Shown here piece by piece: positions 20,151 to 30,556 of a DNA stretch of 64,000 nt. How positions within the stretch are numbered: the stretch's first letter is position 1; each line of letters starts with the position of its first letter. The position numbers and the translations under genes were made by a program. This stretch comes from a virus, in the IMG/VR virus record IMGVR_UViG_3300050343_000243, positions 15,463 through 79,462 of that record; one strand, 5' to 3'. Under the pieces are notes generated by a model. The model was not told where the DNA came from, ran no database searches, and saw nothing but the letters and a program-made list of their open reading frames with translations.

Positions 20151-21561
20151 TGTAATCGCCCGTACTGGACGGGTGCAATCTTGGATCGATGATCCCAACT
20201 CGCGCCTCCCCGTCAGCTGCACAGTTTTCGTGTGTGACGACAGCATGACAGGACCTAATGGAATTGAGGCCAGCTGGCGCTACGTAAGTCACGGATTGCG
20301 CTTCGGGGCAGGAGTTGCAGTACATCTCTCAAACATTAGAGCAGCAGGAACTGATAACGGAAACGGACTAGTTGCAAGTGGGCCCTGCTCATTCGGCAAA
20401 ATTTATTCCTGTCTCAACGAACAACTACGTAGAGGTGGGGTATACAAAAATGGCGCAGTAGTTCTGCACCTTGACCTCAACCATCCTGACATCCTTGAGT
20501 TTGTCAGTATGCCTAGGCAAGAAATTCCTTGGGCAAAGCGTTGCGTCAACCTATCCCCTGTCATGTGGGACATGGCTATTCCCGCTGTCAAAGAAGCAAT
20601 CCTTAAAGGTATTGCTCGTGGTGACATCTGGCTTGCAAAGATCAGACGTGACCAGCACGGTGAACGCATTTACGCGAATGTGTGCCTCGAAGTTTTCCTC
20701 CGTAGCCGTGGCACTTGTCTCTTGGAGCACATAAACCTGGGGGCTTGTTCACCTGATGACCTTCCTGCTGCATTTATTGAAGGTATGGAAGAACTCATTG
20801 ATCTCCACGCAAAGACAGGAGTCGAGAACACTGGTGAGTATTTAACTCAAGCTGAAGATCGTCAAGTCGGTCTTGGAATGCTTGGTCTCGCCAATCTCCT
20901 TGCACTGGAAAAGGTTACATACGCCCAATTTGGTGAAGCACTCACTGCTCATAATTACCCCGAAGGCGATTACATCGTGACTCCAGAAGCCAGTAAGATT
21001 GTTAAAGCACTTCAGCTAGGAATTGATTCTGCAGCTGCTGTAGCAGCACGAGCCAACATGGATCGTGCCTTTGCTATTGCTCCTACTGCGTCATGTTCCT
21101 ACCGCTATACAGACAGAGCAGGCTATACAACTGCCCCCGAAATCGCACCGCCGATCGGACGCACCGTTGATAGGGACAGCTCTACATTTGGCGTTCAACA
21201 GTTCGACTACGGAGACGTAGAAACGGCAGAAGAATGTGGCTGGACTGACTACAGAAAAGTAGTTGACGGCATCATGGAAATGCTTAACCGAACTGGCCTG
21301 GCGCATGGCTACAGCTACAACACATGGAGTGATGTAGTTCAGTACACAGACGAGTTCATCGAACAGTGGCTGGATTCACCACAAACCAGTATGTATTACT
21401 CACTTCAAGTAATGCAAAACACCCAAGCCAAAGACGACGCACTCGCTGCTTTGGATGGGAACTTTGGCACCATGTTCGGATTTGACGAACTAGATGCTGA
21501 ACAAGATGATGTCCTTGACATTTTTAATGACCCCGCAAGTTGCGTGGGTTGTGCCGAGTAA
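20140..21561 (+). CDS. nrdA: Ribonucleotide reductase alpha subunit (cyanopodovirus-type class I)
   Basis: PVSCT, NVCLE, AIAPTASCS, C-terminal CVGCAE; adjacent beta subunit. Confidence 0.92.
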   Translation: MENNVIARTGRVQSWIDDPNSRLPVSCTVFVCDDSMTGPNGIEASWRYVSHGLRFGAGVAVHLSNIRAAGTDNGNGLVASGPCSFGKIYSCLNEQLRRGGVYKNGAVVLHLDLNHPDILEFVSMPRQEIPWAKRCVNLSPVMWDMAIPAVKEAILKGIARGDIWLAKIRRDQHGERIYANVCLEVFLRSRGTCLLEHINLGACSPDDLPAAFIEGMEELIDLHAKTGVENTGEYLTQAEDRQVGLGMLGLANLLALEKVTYAQFGEALTAHNYPEGDYIVTPEASKIVKALQLGIDSAAAVAARANMDRAFAIAPTASCSYRYTDRAGYTTAPEIAPPIGRTVDRDSSTFGVQQFDYGDVETAEECGWTDYRKVVDGIMEMLNRTGLAHGYSYNTWSDVVQYTDEFIEQWLDSPQTSMYYSLQVMQNTQAKDDALAALDGNFGTMFGFDELDAEQDDVLDIFNDPASCVGCAE

Positions 21562-21578
21562 ACCACTTATTAATACCA

Positions 21579-22310
21579 ATGAAAGCAGCAACTCCCTACC
21601 TCCATCTACACGGACGTAAGCGTACGTGGACTCCCGTCGCAGTTTCAGCAGGCACACTGCTGGAAGGCGGTGAGGAAGTCATTCAACGAGCACTTGCACT
21701 CCGTTGTCTTGAGATTCCTGTCGGAGACTTCATCAGTGAAGCAATGAAAGGCGATCTTCCTCAAGTTGAAGGTTGCAAAGAGCTGCTTCTATCTAATGTT
21801 GTCGATGAAGAGAATCATGATGTTGCCCTCAACTTTGCAGCAGCTGCTCACAAAGTGCCTACTCGCTTTGAAGCAGAAGCTGACAGAATTAAAAAAGCAT
21901 GGCTTGAACTGGACCGCCATCCGGTCCTTAAGGCCGTGGTGCTTGAGCGTTCCGTCTTCTTTGTCCTACTCCCGATCTTCCGATTCCTCGGAGACACAGG
22001 ATTACGCACGACAAGTGCCGATATCTCACGGGACGAACAGACCCACGTAGCGGCTAACACGCTTGTTTGTGAAGAGCTAGGACTTAAGTCTGACAAGGAG
22101 TTGAACAAACTGCGTCGTGCAACTGTTGCTTGGACACTCCAGTCTTTGCAAGCAAAAGCTGATCAGCGTTATTTGTCCAGTAACTTCTGGATGAAGAGTT
22201 CAGATTCTCTTTACACAATTGGCAAGGCTGAAGGGCTTGCTGAAACTAGAGCTTCACGAATGCCTGCCTTCTTTGAAACCGCTAATCAAAACCTTCCGCA
22301 GTACGCTTAA
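21579..22310 (+). CDS. nrdB: Ribonucleotide reductase beta subunit (ferritin-like)
   Basis: DEENH, LER.VFF, DEQTH di-metal motifs. Confidence 0.88.
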   Translation: MKAATPYLHLHGRKRTWTPVAVSAGTLLEGGEEVIQRALALRCLEIPVGDFISEAMKGDLPQVEGCKELLLSNVVDEENHDVALNFAAAAHKVPTRFEAEADRIKKAWLELDRHPVLKAVVLERSVFFVLLPIFRFLGDTGLRTTSADISRDEQTHVAANTLVCEELGLKSDKELNKLRRATVAWTLQSLQAKADQRYLSSNFWMKSSDSLYTIGKAEGLAETRASRMPAFFETANQNLPQYA

Positions 22311-22597
22311 TGCCACCTATTGAATTCACACTGAAAGAAAAAAATAAGATTCAAATTTTAGATCAAGAAATTGTCCCAGATTCATTTGACGACAGTAAGT
22401 TACCTACTGATATTCATATCGTCACCTATTCCTTGGGTGGCGAAACTAAATATGATGTTGTTCGTGCCTATGTCAAAGTAGATATCTTTGACGCCTACTA
22501 CGACAAACTGAAGGGACAAGGAGAATTGCTAGAGATTAAATCTGGCTATGGAAAGATCAGACCAAACCTATATGGCAAAATCAAAAACGAAGAGTGA
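22310..22597 (+). CDS. Hypothetical protein
   Basis: 95-aa coupled ORF. Confidence 0.7.
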   Translation: MPPIEFTLKEKNKIQILDQEIVPDSFDDSKLPTDIHIVTYSLGGETKYDVVRAYVKVDIFDAYYDKLKGQGELLEIKSGYGKIRPNLYGKIKNEE

Positions 22598-22687
22598 GTT
22601 AATCGAAGACTTGCTAATGTTAGTTAAGACAAAAGCATCCTCATGCACTGTCAAACAACTACGCGTATTACTAACTAGTTATAAATA

Positions 22688-23320
22688 ATGCATTCGGCAA
22701 ACCTAGTCTGGATAACACCAGACGCTGAAAAACTTATCGGGAAAATTGCCCGAGTATCCAATCCAAACAACGAGGATAATCCCAATGTCGAAGGCTTACT
22801 CAAGTACCTCATCAAACACAAGCACTGGAGCCCATTCGAAATGGCGTCCATGTGCGTCGAGATCGAGACTACTAGAGCTATTAGCCCGCAAATCTTACGC
22901 CACCGATCCTTCTCATTTCAGGAGTTCTCACAGCGCTACGCACCAGCAATGGCAGTAGAGCTCCCTCGTCTACGTCGTCAGGACACAAAAAACAGACAAA
23001 ACTCCATCGATGACATAGCTGAAGAGACTGCTGAATACTATGAGAAACGGATTGAAGATCACTTCAGAGAGTCAGAAGCGTTATATGAATCACTTCTGCA
23101 CTCTGGAGTAGCGAAAGAATGTGCACGTGCGGTGCTTCCTATTAACACTGGAACACGTATGTATATGTCTGGATCTATTCGATCATGGTTGCATTACTGT
23201 GATCTCCGTGCATGGCATGGAACCCAGTGGGAGCACACACAAATCGCTCTTAATTGCATGGATATATTGAAGGATGTTGTCCCAACTGTTGCTCGCGCAA
23301 TGTGGCCAGAGACTCTATAG
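22688..23320 (+). CDS. thyX: FAD-dependent thymidylate synthase
   Basis: HWSPFEM, QILRHRSFSFQEFSQRY, AKECAR.VLP. Confidence 0.97.
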   Translation: MHSANLVWITPDAEKLIGKIARVSNPNNEDNPNVEGLLKYLIKHKHWSPFEMASMCVEIETTRAISPQILRHRSFSFQEFSQRYAPAMAVELPRLRRQDTKNRQNSIDDIAEETAEYYEKRIEDHFRESEALYESLLHSGVAKECARAVLPINTGTRMYMSGSIRSWLHYCDLRAWHGTQWEHTQIALNCMDILKDVVPTVARAMWPETL

Positions 23321-23346
23321 TTGAGACTGGATAATGAACACCCTAT

Positions 23347-24003
23347 ATGAACTTTATTGCAGCAACTGTTGAACTCAAGTCTATTGTCACAGATTCAATT
23401 AATGCTTACGGGCTCGCTTATCGCGGTGCTGATGCTGTTATTCCCGCTGGCAGCAGTGGTAGTGAGGTACGACTCCGAGCACTCTGTTACGACAGAGCCG
23501 GAGCCAAGCTTGATTCCTTCCTTGACTGGAAACCAGGCACACGTGCATTGATTACTGGATACGTGGTCTTCTCTGATGACACATCGCAGCCACTAGATCT
23601 GTTGGTAACAACTATTGAATTCAACGTCCCGCAAGAAATGTACTGCAACCAAGTCGTACTTGGTAATGCATTCTTTGCATCAGACGAAATTAAAGAACGT
23701 AAGAATGATCAAGTCGCAATCAAAATCGGTACGTCACTTGACAATTCAGATACCGTTACCTGGCTATTTATGGAACTCCATTCAAGCCGTAAAGCCAAGC
23801 TCGCTGATCGAGTCCGCAAAGGTCGCAACATTTGTGTTCATGGCTACTTGCGTGAGTACCGCAAAGAAGGGGACACAAGTCCTTATCGGGCTATCGTCGC
23901 GAATGACTTCAGCACTCGCAAAGAAAGAGAGCAAACTAAAAATACTAGAAGTACGGGCCAAGCTAAAGGCTACGCAGAAGTTGACCCCGTCCCGGACTAC
24001 TAA
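23347..24003 (+). CDS. SSB-like protein with two OB folds
   Basis: Two N-V-L-G...KG..I.V.G.L repeats. Confidence 0.6.
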   Translation: MNFIAATVELKSIVTDSINAYGLAYRGADAVIPAGSSGSEVRLRALCYDRAGAKLDSFLDWKPGTRALITGYVVFSDDTSQPLDLLVTTIEFNVPQEMYCNQVVLGNAFFASDEIKERKNDQVAIKIGTSLDNSDTVTWLFMELHSSRKAKLADRVRKGRNICVHGYLREYRKEGDTSPYRAIVANDFSTRKEREQTKNTRSTGQAKGYAEVDPVPDY

Positions 24004-24057
24004 AGACTACAACTGGATGGACTAACCATCTAATTAACATAAACATTATTTTTTACT

Positions 24058-24357
24058 ATGAACATCGACATCAACAATATCTTCAGATCAGCAACTATTG
24101 CTGTTGTTGGACTACCACTGGCACTTTCTACAAGTGGTCTTATTAACTCTGCTGCATCAGCTGCACGTAATGCACAAGGCGTTCCTGAAGTTGTTCAGGT
24201 CAGGCAAGAGTTTGCAGGTAAAATTGCAAAAGCTTGCTATGGGTATGCACTGTCTAAAAATGACAGCACTTTAGAGCGTGAGTCAAAGACTGCAATCGAT
24301 GAAGTATTTGGCGGAGAAGTTAACTACCAAGCTGTATGCAACGCTCTCGTTTTCTAA
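24058..24357 (+). CDS. Hypothetical membrane-anchored protein
   Basis: N-terminal hydrophobic helix. Confidence 0.65.
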   Translation: MNIDINNIFRSATIAVVGLPLALSTSGLINSAASAARNAQGVPEVVQVRQEFAGKIAKACYGYALSKNDSTLERESKTAIDEVFGGEVNYQAVCNALVF

Positions 24358-24365
24358 TCGAGTAA

Positions 24366-24514
24366 CGTTAACTAAAGGACCGAAGAAGAACTACGTCAGG
24401 TCCTACTAACGGTTGCAGTGTTTTTTGTAGTTTCCAACTGCGTAATTGATGGGGTTGCCAGTTAGCTACTGGTGATCCTGCCCCACAAGAAAGCCTCATG
24501 TGCGGGGCTTTTTT
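24366..24514 (+). ncRNA. Candidate structured RNA (3 hairpins plus terminator)
   Basis: AGGACC/GGTCCT, GCAGT/ACTGC, TGGGG..CCAGT/ACTGG..CCCCA, then AAGCCTC/GGGGCTT with T-tract. Confidence 0.4.
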
Positions 24515-24527
24515 AGTATCAAAAATT

Positions 24528-24701
24528 TTACGCCTTACGAAGTCGTGCTGGAAGACTTGGCACCATTTCTTTCATGTGCTCATCGTACCTGTAATTAGTT
24601 GGAGCACCTCTTCCTGAATCTTTAATACTAGGCCATGCTGAATTCTCAGCTGCTGCAATAAGTTCTAGTACTTCTAGTGGAATACTTCCAGCTAAACGCA
24701 T
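24528..24701 (-). CDS. Small protein MRLAG... (57 aa), late-type promoter
   Basis: Read by hand; TACAATAG at 24724-24731 (-). Confidence 0.6.
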   Translation of the reverse strand: MRLAGSIPLEVLELIAAAENSAWPSIKDSGRGAPTNYRYDEHMKEMVPSLPARLRKA

Positions 24702-24765
24702 AACATTTATAGCTCACATTTATCTATTGTATTACTTATATTTGTAGAGTCTAATCATTAATTAT

Positions 24766-25506
24766 ATGACGCTACAAGTACTGCCTCCGGAGATGCTGGA
24801 AGGCTCAAAAGATAAAATTGAAACTAAAGAAGCACAGCCTTATTGGAAACCAAGCAGCCTTAAAGATGGAGAGTCAGAAGAATTTCGACTACTCGGTTGC
24901 TATGAGACAGGGCACGCAATCATGGGTTGGCAATATGCATCGGAAACAAATGGATCTGATGGCAATCTGCGCTTTAACGGTTATGTCGTTACGCGTACTC
25001 ACCCAGGTCAGCCTGCTGACTTGGCTCGTGAAACTGATTGGAGCAAACCAGATCGACCAAAGATTGATGGAACTTATGTCAAGCCTCGTCGCTTCCTTGC
25101 TTGGGTTGCCACGAGTGCAGCTCGCGGTCGTCTAGAGGTATTATTCATTGAACAAAAATCACTACGAGAACAGCTCACCGAAATCCTTCAAGAGATTGAA
25201 GACTACACTTGGACAGAAGATGGGCTTGCTAACTTTTCGATTAAGATTAGTCGCAAGGGAGCCGGTCTGGAAACTTCATACAGCATTCTGCCGAAAGTAC
25301 GTAAAGTGCCAGATAAAATTACAAAGGAATGGTCCACTCAAAAAGAATCAATCTGGCTTCCTAATTTCTTTGAAGGAAAGGATCCTTTTGACGGGCGTCA
25401 AGTTGACGAGAAAGGTCTTCCAGCTGGTGGAACCGACAAACGCGGTGCCCACGTAACACCTACTACAGCAAAGAAAAAAGTAGAACAAGAAGAACAAGAG
25501 TTCTAA
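24766..25506 (+). CDS. Phage ssDNA-binding or recombination protein
   Basis: KISRKG.GLET.Y.ILP motif, acidic tail ending in F, located in replication cluster. Confidence 0.6.
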   Translation: MTLQVLPPEMLEGSKDKIETKEAQPYWKPSSLKDGESEEFRLLGCYETGHAIMGWQYASETNGSDGNLRFNGYVVTRTHPGQPADLARETDWSKPDRPKIDGTYVKPRRFLAWVATSAARGRLEVLFIEQKSLREQLTEILQEIEDYTWTEDGLANFSIKISRKGAGLETSYSILPKVRKVPDKITKEWSTQKESIWLPNFFEGKDPFDGRQVDEKGLPAGGTDKRGAHVTPTTAKKKVEQEEQEF

Positions 25507-25566
25507 GTGTCACCATATATGGCACCAGGCTTGTATCAACTACATAACAACTAGATGAATTAGAAA

Positions 25567-26150
25567 ATGATCGAATTAAAAATTAGTAAAAATGAACTAG
25601 GTCTGTTCCAAGCAGACGCAGTACTGACCCTACCTCCTATCTGTGTCTCACGTCAGAAAGCTGATCGTGATGACCTGGAGTATGAACTCCGTAATGCATT
25701 CAGCCAGTTGGTTGAAGAAATCGTTTCTAAACAAATCAAAGAAGAATTCTAATGTCAAACGTAAACACCGATGGATTGCCTCCAGAAATGCAGGCACGCA
25801 TTGCACAAATCATTGAAGGTGCAAAACAAAAAGCTATTGCACAACATCAGACCCAGTATCCACCCGAGTCACCACATCAAGCAGCAATTGCAATGCCTGC
25901 TGCACCTGTAGCTCCTCCAACTCCTCCAGCTCCACCAGTACCCAACTTGATGGATCACACAATCGCTCTTCGTCAGGAAGTAGCTGCATTGTCACAGCAA
26001 GTGACTGCAATGGGTCAAGTCGTTGAAGCATGTGGTCAGGCTGTAGGTTCGATGTACTCAATGTTTCAATCGCAAACCACACCTACAGATACGGGCGCAA
26101 CGTATAGCCAGAACTTCCAAGAACAAGTAGACGTGGGGGACGATTACTAA
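25567..26150 (+). CDS. Two hypothetical ORFs (25567-25752, 25752-26150)
   Basis: Coupled ORFs; second is Pro/Gln-rich. Confidence 0.65.
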
Positions 26151-26503
26151 TGCCATACAAGGATCCGTCAAAGCAAGCCAACTATCGACGAATGTATCTG
26201 GCGGATCCTGCTAAAAAGGCAAAGCACAAAGCAACAAAGGATAAGAATCGCAGACAAAATTCCACAAAACGCAAAGAAATTTTATCCCGATTCCCTTGTG
26301 TCTTATGCGCCGAATCAGACCCAGATCTAATTGACTGGCACCACGTATATCCAGAAGACAAAGTCTTTGATATCAAAGGTTCACTGAGTCAGGCGTACAC
26401 CACTTGGTGGGATGAAGTTATTAAATGCATACCTGTATGCGCTCTATGTCACAGAAAAATACACAAAGATAAACTATGCCTGATACCACAGAAGAAGCGG
26501 TAA
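26150..26503 (+). CDS. HNH endonuclease
   Basis: CVLC, DWHH, CALCHRKIH. Confidence 0.85.
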   Translation: MPYKDPSKQANYRRMYLADPAKKAKHKATKDKNRRQNSTKRKEILSRFPCVLCAESDPDLIDWHHVYPEDKVFDIKGSLSQAYTTWWDEVIKCIPVCALCHRKIHKDKLCLIPQKKR

Positions 26504-27246
26504 ATAAACCGTACAGGATTCAAACTGCCAGTGGCTACCGAAAGTATTTATGTTCGGGACTTTACATGCCGTCTGTTACTACAGTCTTATCTGCTACGGA
26601 AACAGAGAAAGCAAAAGCTGGTTTACGCAACTGGCAAGCTAATAACCCTGGTGCATTAGAAGCTGCATCAACTAGAGGTTCAGCAATTCACCTTGGGTGT
26701 GAAAACTATTTACGTGGTTTAGATCCAGGTGTCCCAGAAGAATATCAAGATTTCTGGACGGGAATGACCCAATACCTCGACTGGTTTGATACACTTCATT
26801 GGAGTGAAAGACCACTCCGACCTGACTGGAATCACCTCCGCTCTGACGATCGTGAGGTTGCCTATGTCTGGTCAACAGAGCATCTTTACGCTGGATGCCC
26901 TGACTTGATTGGAGAAATCGGTGGTGTAAAAATTATCGCTGACTTCAAGACAAGTAACGCTCCCTACTCTGCTGTCTTCCCTGAAAAAGGTGACCGCGCT
27001 GGGTTCGGAGGATTTCGAAAGTATCAGAAGTGTGCTCAACAAATGGCGGCTTATCGCCTTGCATTGTTTGAACGTACCGGCTATAAATGTGATGCTGCTT
27101 TGATTATTGTTTCTACACCAGAAACATCTCAAGGCATATTCATCGATTCAGATCAGATGGATAGATTCGAAGCAAAGTTTCTGACGCGTTGTAAAATGTT
27201 CCACGATAAAGAGAGTGACGAAAATACTGAAGATCGCGGTCAATAA
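26476..27246 (+). CDS. PD-(D/E)xK exonuclease (Cas4-like phage exonuclease)
   Basis: PSVTTVL, RGSAIH, YAG.PD, DFKTS, Q.AAY. Confidence 0.85.
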   Translation: MPDTTEEAVNKPYRIQTASGYRKYLCSGLYMPSVTTVLSATETEKAKAGLRNWQANNPGALEAASTRGSAIHLGCENYLRGLDPGVPEEYQDFWTGMTQYLDWFDTLHWSERPLRPDWNHLRSDDREVAYVWSTEHLYAGCPDLIGEIGGVKIIADFKTSNAPYSAVFPEKGDRAGFGGFRKYQKCAQQMAAYRLALFERTGYKCDAALIIVSTPETSQGIFIDSDQMDRFEAKFLTRCKMFHDKESDENTEDRGQ

Positions 27247-29443
27247 GAACTGCGTAAATAAACAAAACCCTCAGCTAGTAGCACGGGGTTGGTCAAACGT
27301 ACTAGTCGATATCGACTGGTTAATGGGATGGGTAGGCAACGGCTATGGCTGGTGCGCTACCCATTTTCATCAGAAGCACAGGCTCGCTGATAATGCTGCT
27401 GGTAGCAACCTCGTAGTCATTGACTTCGATGGTGACACCACACTTGATACGTTCTGGGCTACCGACACCGCACAACAGTGGTGTGCAGGTACCTATACCT
27501 CTGCTTCTTACACAGAAGAAGAGCACAGATTCCGTGCTCTATTCCCTCTAGCTATAGATCTAGAGAGTTCCGCGCAGCACCGTGGTGCCTACTGGCTCAT
27601 TGTCAATCGGTTACTGGCAGACCTAGGTCTTACAGAACTCAAAGACAACTGTGGTCAAAAGCCTGAACGGCTCTGGTATGGCAACCAAAAGACGCAAACT
27701 AAGTTAAATCCTGGCGCAGAAGTCCCTGACTTTCTGCTTAATGACATTGACTACGACGAGCCCGCAGAGTTTACTCACTCTGACTGTGCAGAGATCGATG
27801 TCAAACGCTGCCAGTGGCTACTGCGTGAGTTCCTAGAGCCCTCAAACGACGATGAGTACGAGTCTTACTACGTGCCCGTTATGGCCGCTTGTGCAGGCGT
27901 AGGGACAGTGATCTTTGATGACTGGGTTGACTGGGTAATCCGTGGTCATCATGGTCATAAAGAAGAAAATATCCGAAGGTTTAAGTGGAAAGGTCTTGGT
28001 AAATATGCAGGTCATACTAAACTGTATTCGCTTGCTAAAAAGCAAGATCCCAATTGGACTAGACAACTACCTAGTCAGCTCCGCTTTGGTGCTGCAGGTA
28101 GTGCCGTTGGATATACAGAGCTTGATCCAGTTATCAACTTTGGAGAATTCATATCAACAAGTAAAGGAGAGACGATGGATTTTGATGTAGAACCGCTTGC
28201 GGATTCTCAACAAGCGCCGAAGAAGCGCGGACGTCCCAAGAAAAGTAATGACGACGCTGCCAAAGAACGTGAGGCTGACGTAGACAAAGTATCTACGATC
28301 CTCTCTGGTTTACGTAAGAACCGTCTTACTAACACCATTGAGTACGACGGTCCCAATGGTCAAGTCGTACAGCTCGAAGGCAATGACCTCGATCTAATGA
28401 CAACAAAGATGGCTTGTGAGCACGGGGTGTTTATCCCCGAGCCTCGTATCAAGTCAGCTATTCAGTACGCAGCTATCAAAAATAGCTACTGCCCTATCAC
28501 TCGTTACCTCGATGGGTGTGCAGCTCATTCCACACCTCACCCCGAGTGGGAGCGTATTGGTGAAGTGTTTCTAGGTAACAAGCACCAGCTTGCGACCTTG
28601 GCAATGAAGCGCATGATGATTGGCGCAGTTGCTCGTGCATACAACCCAGGTCAGTCAATGTCCTGGCTTCCAATCCTTGTGGGTGCACAGGGTGTTGGTA
28701 AGTCGATGTTTGCTCGCAACCTTGTACCTGATGCACTGTTCTCGGAGATCACTACTCCACTAGAGACACTGATCAAAGAGCAGTATCGACTTCATGTGGC
28801 GTGGCTCCTAGAGCTTCCCGAGATTGATAACTACTTCAACATCAGGAACATTGAGAACTTCAAGAACCTGATCACCAGTCGGGTTGATGAAGTCCGATTC
28901 CCTTATGCATCACTGCCATCGAAGCTGCCTCGTCGCTTCGTAATGATTGGAACCACGAACCGTAACCAGTTCCTTGTGGACTCCACAGGTAACAGACGTT
29001 TCGTTCCTCTTGAGATTGGCGCAGGCTTTCAAATTCCTTGGAAGCAACTGATTGCAGAACGCGACAGCCTCTGGGCTGCTGCTGTTGCTGATTATCGAGC
29101 CAACGTTGGATACGAATTCAACAGTGGTGAGATCGCTGCTATCTCGGAGTACATCCAAGAGTTTGGCGATCCTGATCCATGGCTCGACAAAATCGGTGCT
29201 TATGTCGCTATCCGTGAGGAAGTGACTGCTGCAGATGTTCTATCGCATGCACTGGAACTAGATCCACGTAACCAAAGCAGACGTGAAGGTAGACGTGTTG
29301 CTGATGTGCTGCAGTCTATGGGCTGGAGACGATTAGTAACTAGCAGGAAAGATCCTGTTACTGGTAAATCAAAGTCAGTTCGTATATGGAAACGTCCTAA
29401 GGACGATCCGATTGACGAAACTCATATCCTTAACGATTTCTAA
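27215..29443 (+). CDS. Primase-helicase (AEP/PriCT-like N-terminus plus VirE/VapE P-loop)
   Basis: IDFD, Walker A GAQGVGKS, IGTTN, DSTGNRRF. Confidence 0.88.
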   Translation: MTKILKIAVNKNCVNKQNPQLVARGWSNVLVDIDWLMGWVGNGYGWCATHFHQKHRLADNAAGSNLVVIDFDGDTTLDTFWATDTAQQWCAGTYTSASYTEEEHRFRALFPLAIDLESSAQHRGAYWLIVNRLLADLGLTELKDNCGQKPERLWYGNQKTQTKLNPGAEVPDFLLNDIDYDEPAEFTHSDCAEIDVKRCQWLLREFLEPSNDDEYESYYVPVMAACAGVGTVIFDDWVDWVIRGHHGHKEENIRRFKWKGLGKYAGHTKLYSLAKKQDPNWTRQLPSQLRFGAAGSAVGYTELDPVINFGEFISTSKGETMDFDVEPLADSQQAPKKRGRPKKSNDDAAKEREADVDKVSTILSGLRKNRLTNTIEYDGPNGQVVQLEGNDLDLMTTKMACEHGVFIPEPRIKSAIQYAAIKNSYCPITRYLDGCAAHSTPHPEWERIGEVFLGNKHQLATLAMKRMMIGAVARAYNPGQSMSWLPILVGAQGVGKSMFARNLVPDALFSEITTPLETLIKEQYRLHVAWLLELPEIDNYFNIRNIENFKNLITSRVDEVRFPYASLPSKLPRRFVMIGTTNRNQFLVDSTGNRRFVPLEIGAGFQIPWKQLIAERDSLWAAAVADYRANVGYEFNSGEIAAISEYIQEFGDPDPWLDKIGAYVAIREEVTAADVLSHALELDPRNQSRREGRRVADVLQSMGWRRLVTSRKDPVTGKSKSVRIWKRPKDDPIDETHILNDF

Positions 29444-29472
29444 TTACACTAATTAATACATAGGTATATAAA

Positions 29473-29709
29473 ATGCAAGCAACAGATATCAAGCTGGGCC
29501 TTCGTGTCTGTGTAAAAACTAATGGCATGACTGCACTAGTTGTGGGTCGTCCGGAGTACTACACACCACGATCAAAACTTGTACGAATCAAATATGAAAA
29601 CAGTACACGTTTTGAATACATGATTAGCAATCAACTCTCGCCACTGCCTACTGAAGATCAGTATCCAGCACTGGGAGGCACATACGTAAAACCTGAAGGA
29701 GAATTCTGA
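29473..29709 (+). CDS. Small hypothetical protein
   Basis: 78-aa ORF. Confidence 0.65.
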   Translation: MQATDIKLGLRVCVKTNGMTALVVGRPEYYTPRSKLVRIKYENSTRFEYMISNQLSPLPTEDQYPALGGTYVKPEGEF

Positions 29710-30524
29710 TGGCTGAAGCTCAACCTCATAAAGGCCGTGGTGGCCATGCATATGGCAGGCGTGTCAAGCAACTCTCCAATACTGCAGAAGAGGGAGAGCT
29801 TTGCCTGTATTCAGGACACTCACTTGGCAGGTTCTCTACTCACAGCATGCGGTATGACAGTCACCAAGCATGTGTTCGCTGTGTAGCTGGTGCTCGTGAA
29901 GGGCGTATGTCCTTTGACATCAGCAAACTGCTAAAGAAAAATCGAATTAAAGCTCTTAAATTTTGGTCACAAGTAGACATTGCATCACCCGAAGAATGCT
30001 GGGAATGGCAAGGCAACATCAACAAACACACAAAACAACCACAGTTTTCGTGGAGACGACACGGGATTAGCTCTTCTACACAACATCATCCCCAGCGGGT
30101 TGCTACTTGGTTTACTTGGGGTGATCTTGGATTTACCGGCGTTAAAACTACTTGTGGTAATAAGTATTGCTGCAATCCTTTTCATCTTATTCCGCAAAAT
30201 ATTGGTGTCTTTGTAGATCACGACAGTTATCTAGAAAGCTTTGAGCTTGCATGTGAAATTCATACGCTGAAGCAACAAGTTGCCGAGTATGTAATGGAGC
30301 AAGCAATCAAGGAGCAAGAGAAGCTAGAACGTATCGAGCACCTAGATGGTAAAGAAGAGCTAATACTTAATCCAAACACGTTGTTTGATCAGAGGTATGC
30401 AGCTGTCATGGTGGATATGCTCAACGGAAACCATACCAGTCAAATAGATCCTAAGTCTTTGGGACTCCATGGTCAACCAGAGGACCATGAAACTGATGAG
30501 GATGACCCCACATCAGACTTTTAA
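29709..30524 (+). CDS. Protein with HNH / His-Cys box-like domain
   Basis: FWSQVD..ECWEWQG ... CGN..CCNP.HL. Confidence 0.7.
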   Translation: MAEAQPHKGRGGHAYGRRVKQLSNTAEEGELCLYSGHSLGRFSTHSMRYDSHQACVRCVAGAREGRMSFDISKLLKKNRIKALKFWSQVDIASPEECWEWQGNINKHTKQPQFSWRRHGISSSTQHHPQRVATWFTWGDLGFTGVKTTCGNKYCCNPFHLIPQNIGVFVDHDSYLESFELACEIHTLKQQVAEYVMEQAIKEQEKLERIEHLDGKEELILNPNTLFDQRYAAVMVDMLNGNHTSQIDPKSLGLHGQPEDHETDEDDPTSDF

Positions 30525-30556
30525 ATAACCTATTCTTATACAAGAGTCATTACATT

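Noticed and set aside
20056-21561. Class II (B12-dependent) RNR and the 20056 start
   Set aside because: An adjacent ferritin-like beta subunit indicates class I; the first 28 codons overlap the MazG-like gene, so ATG 20140 is preferred
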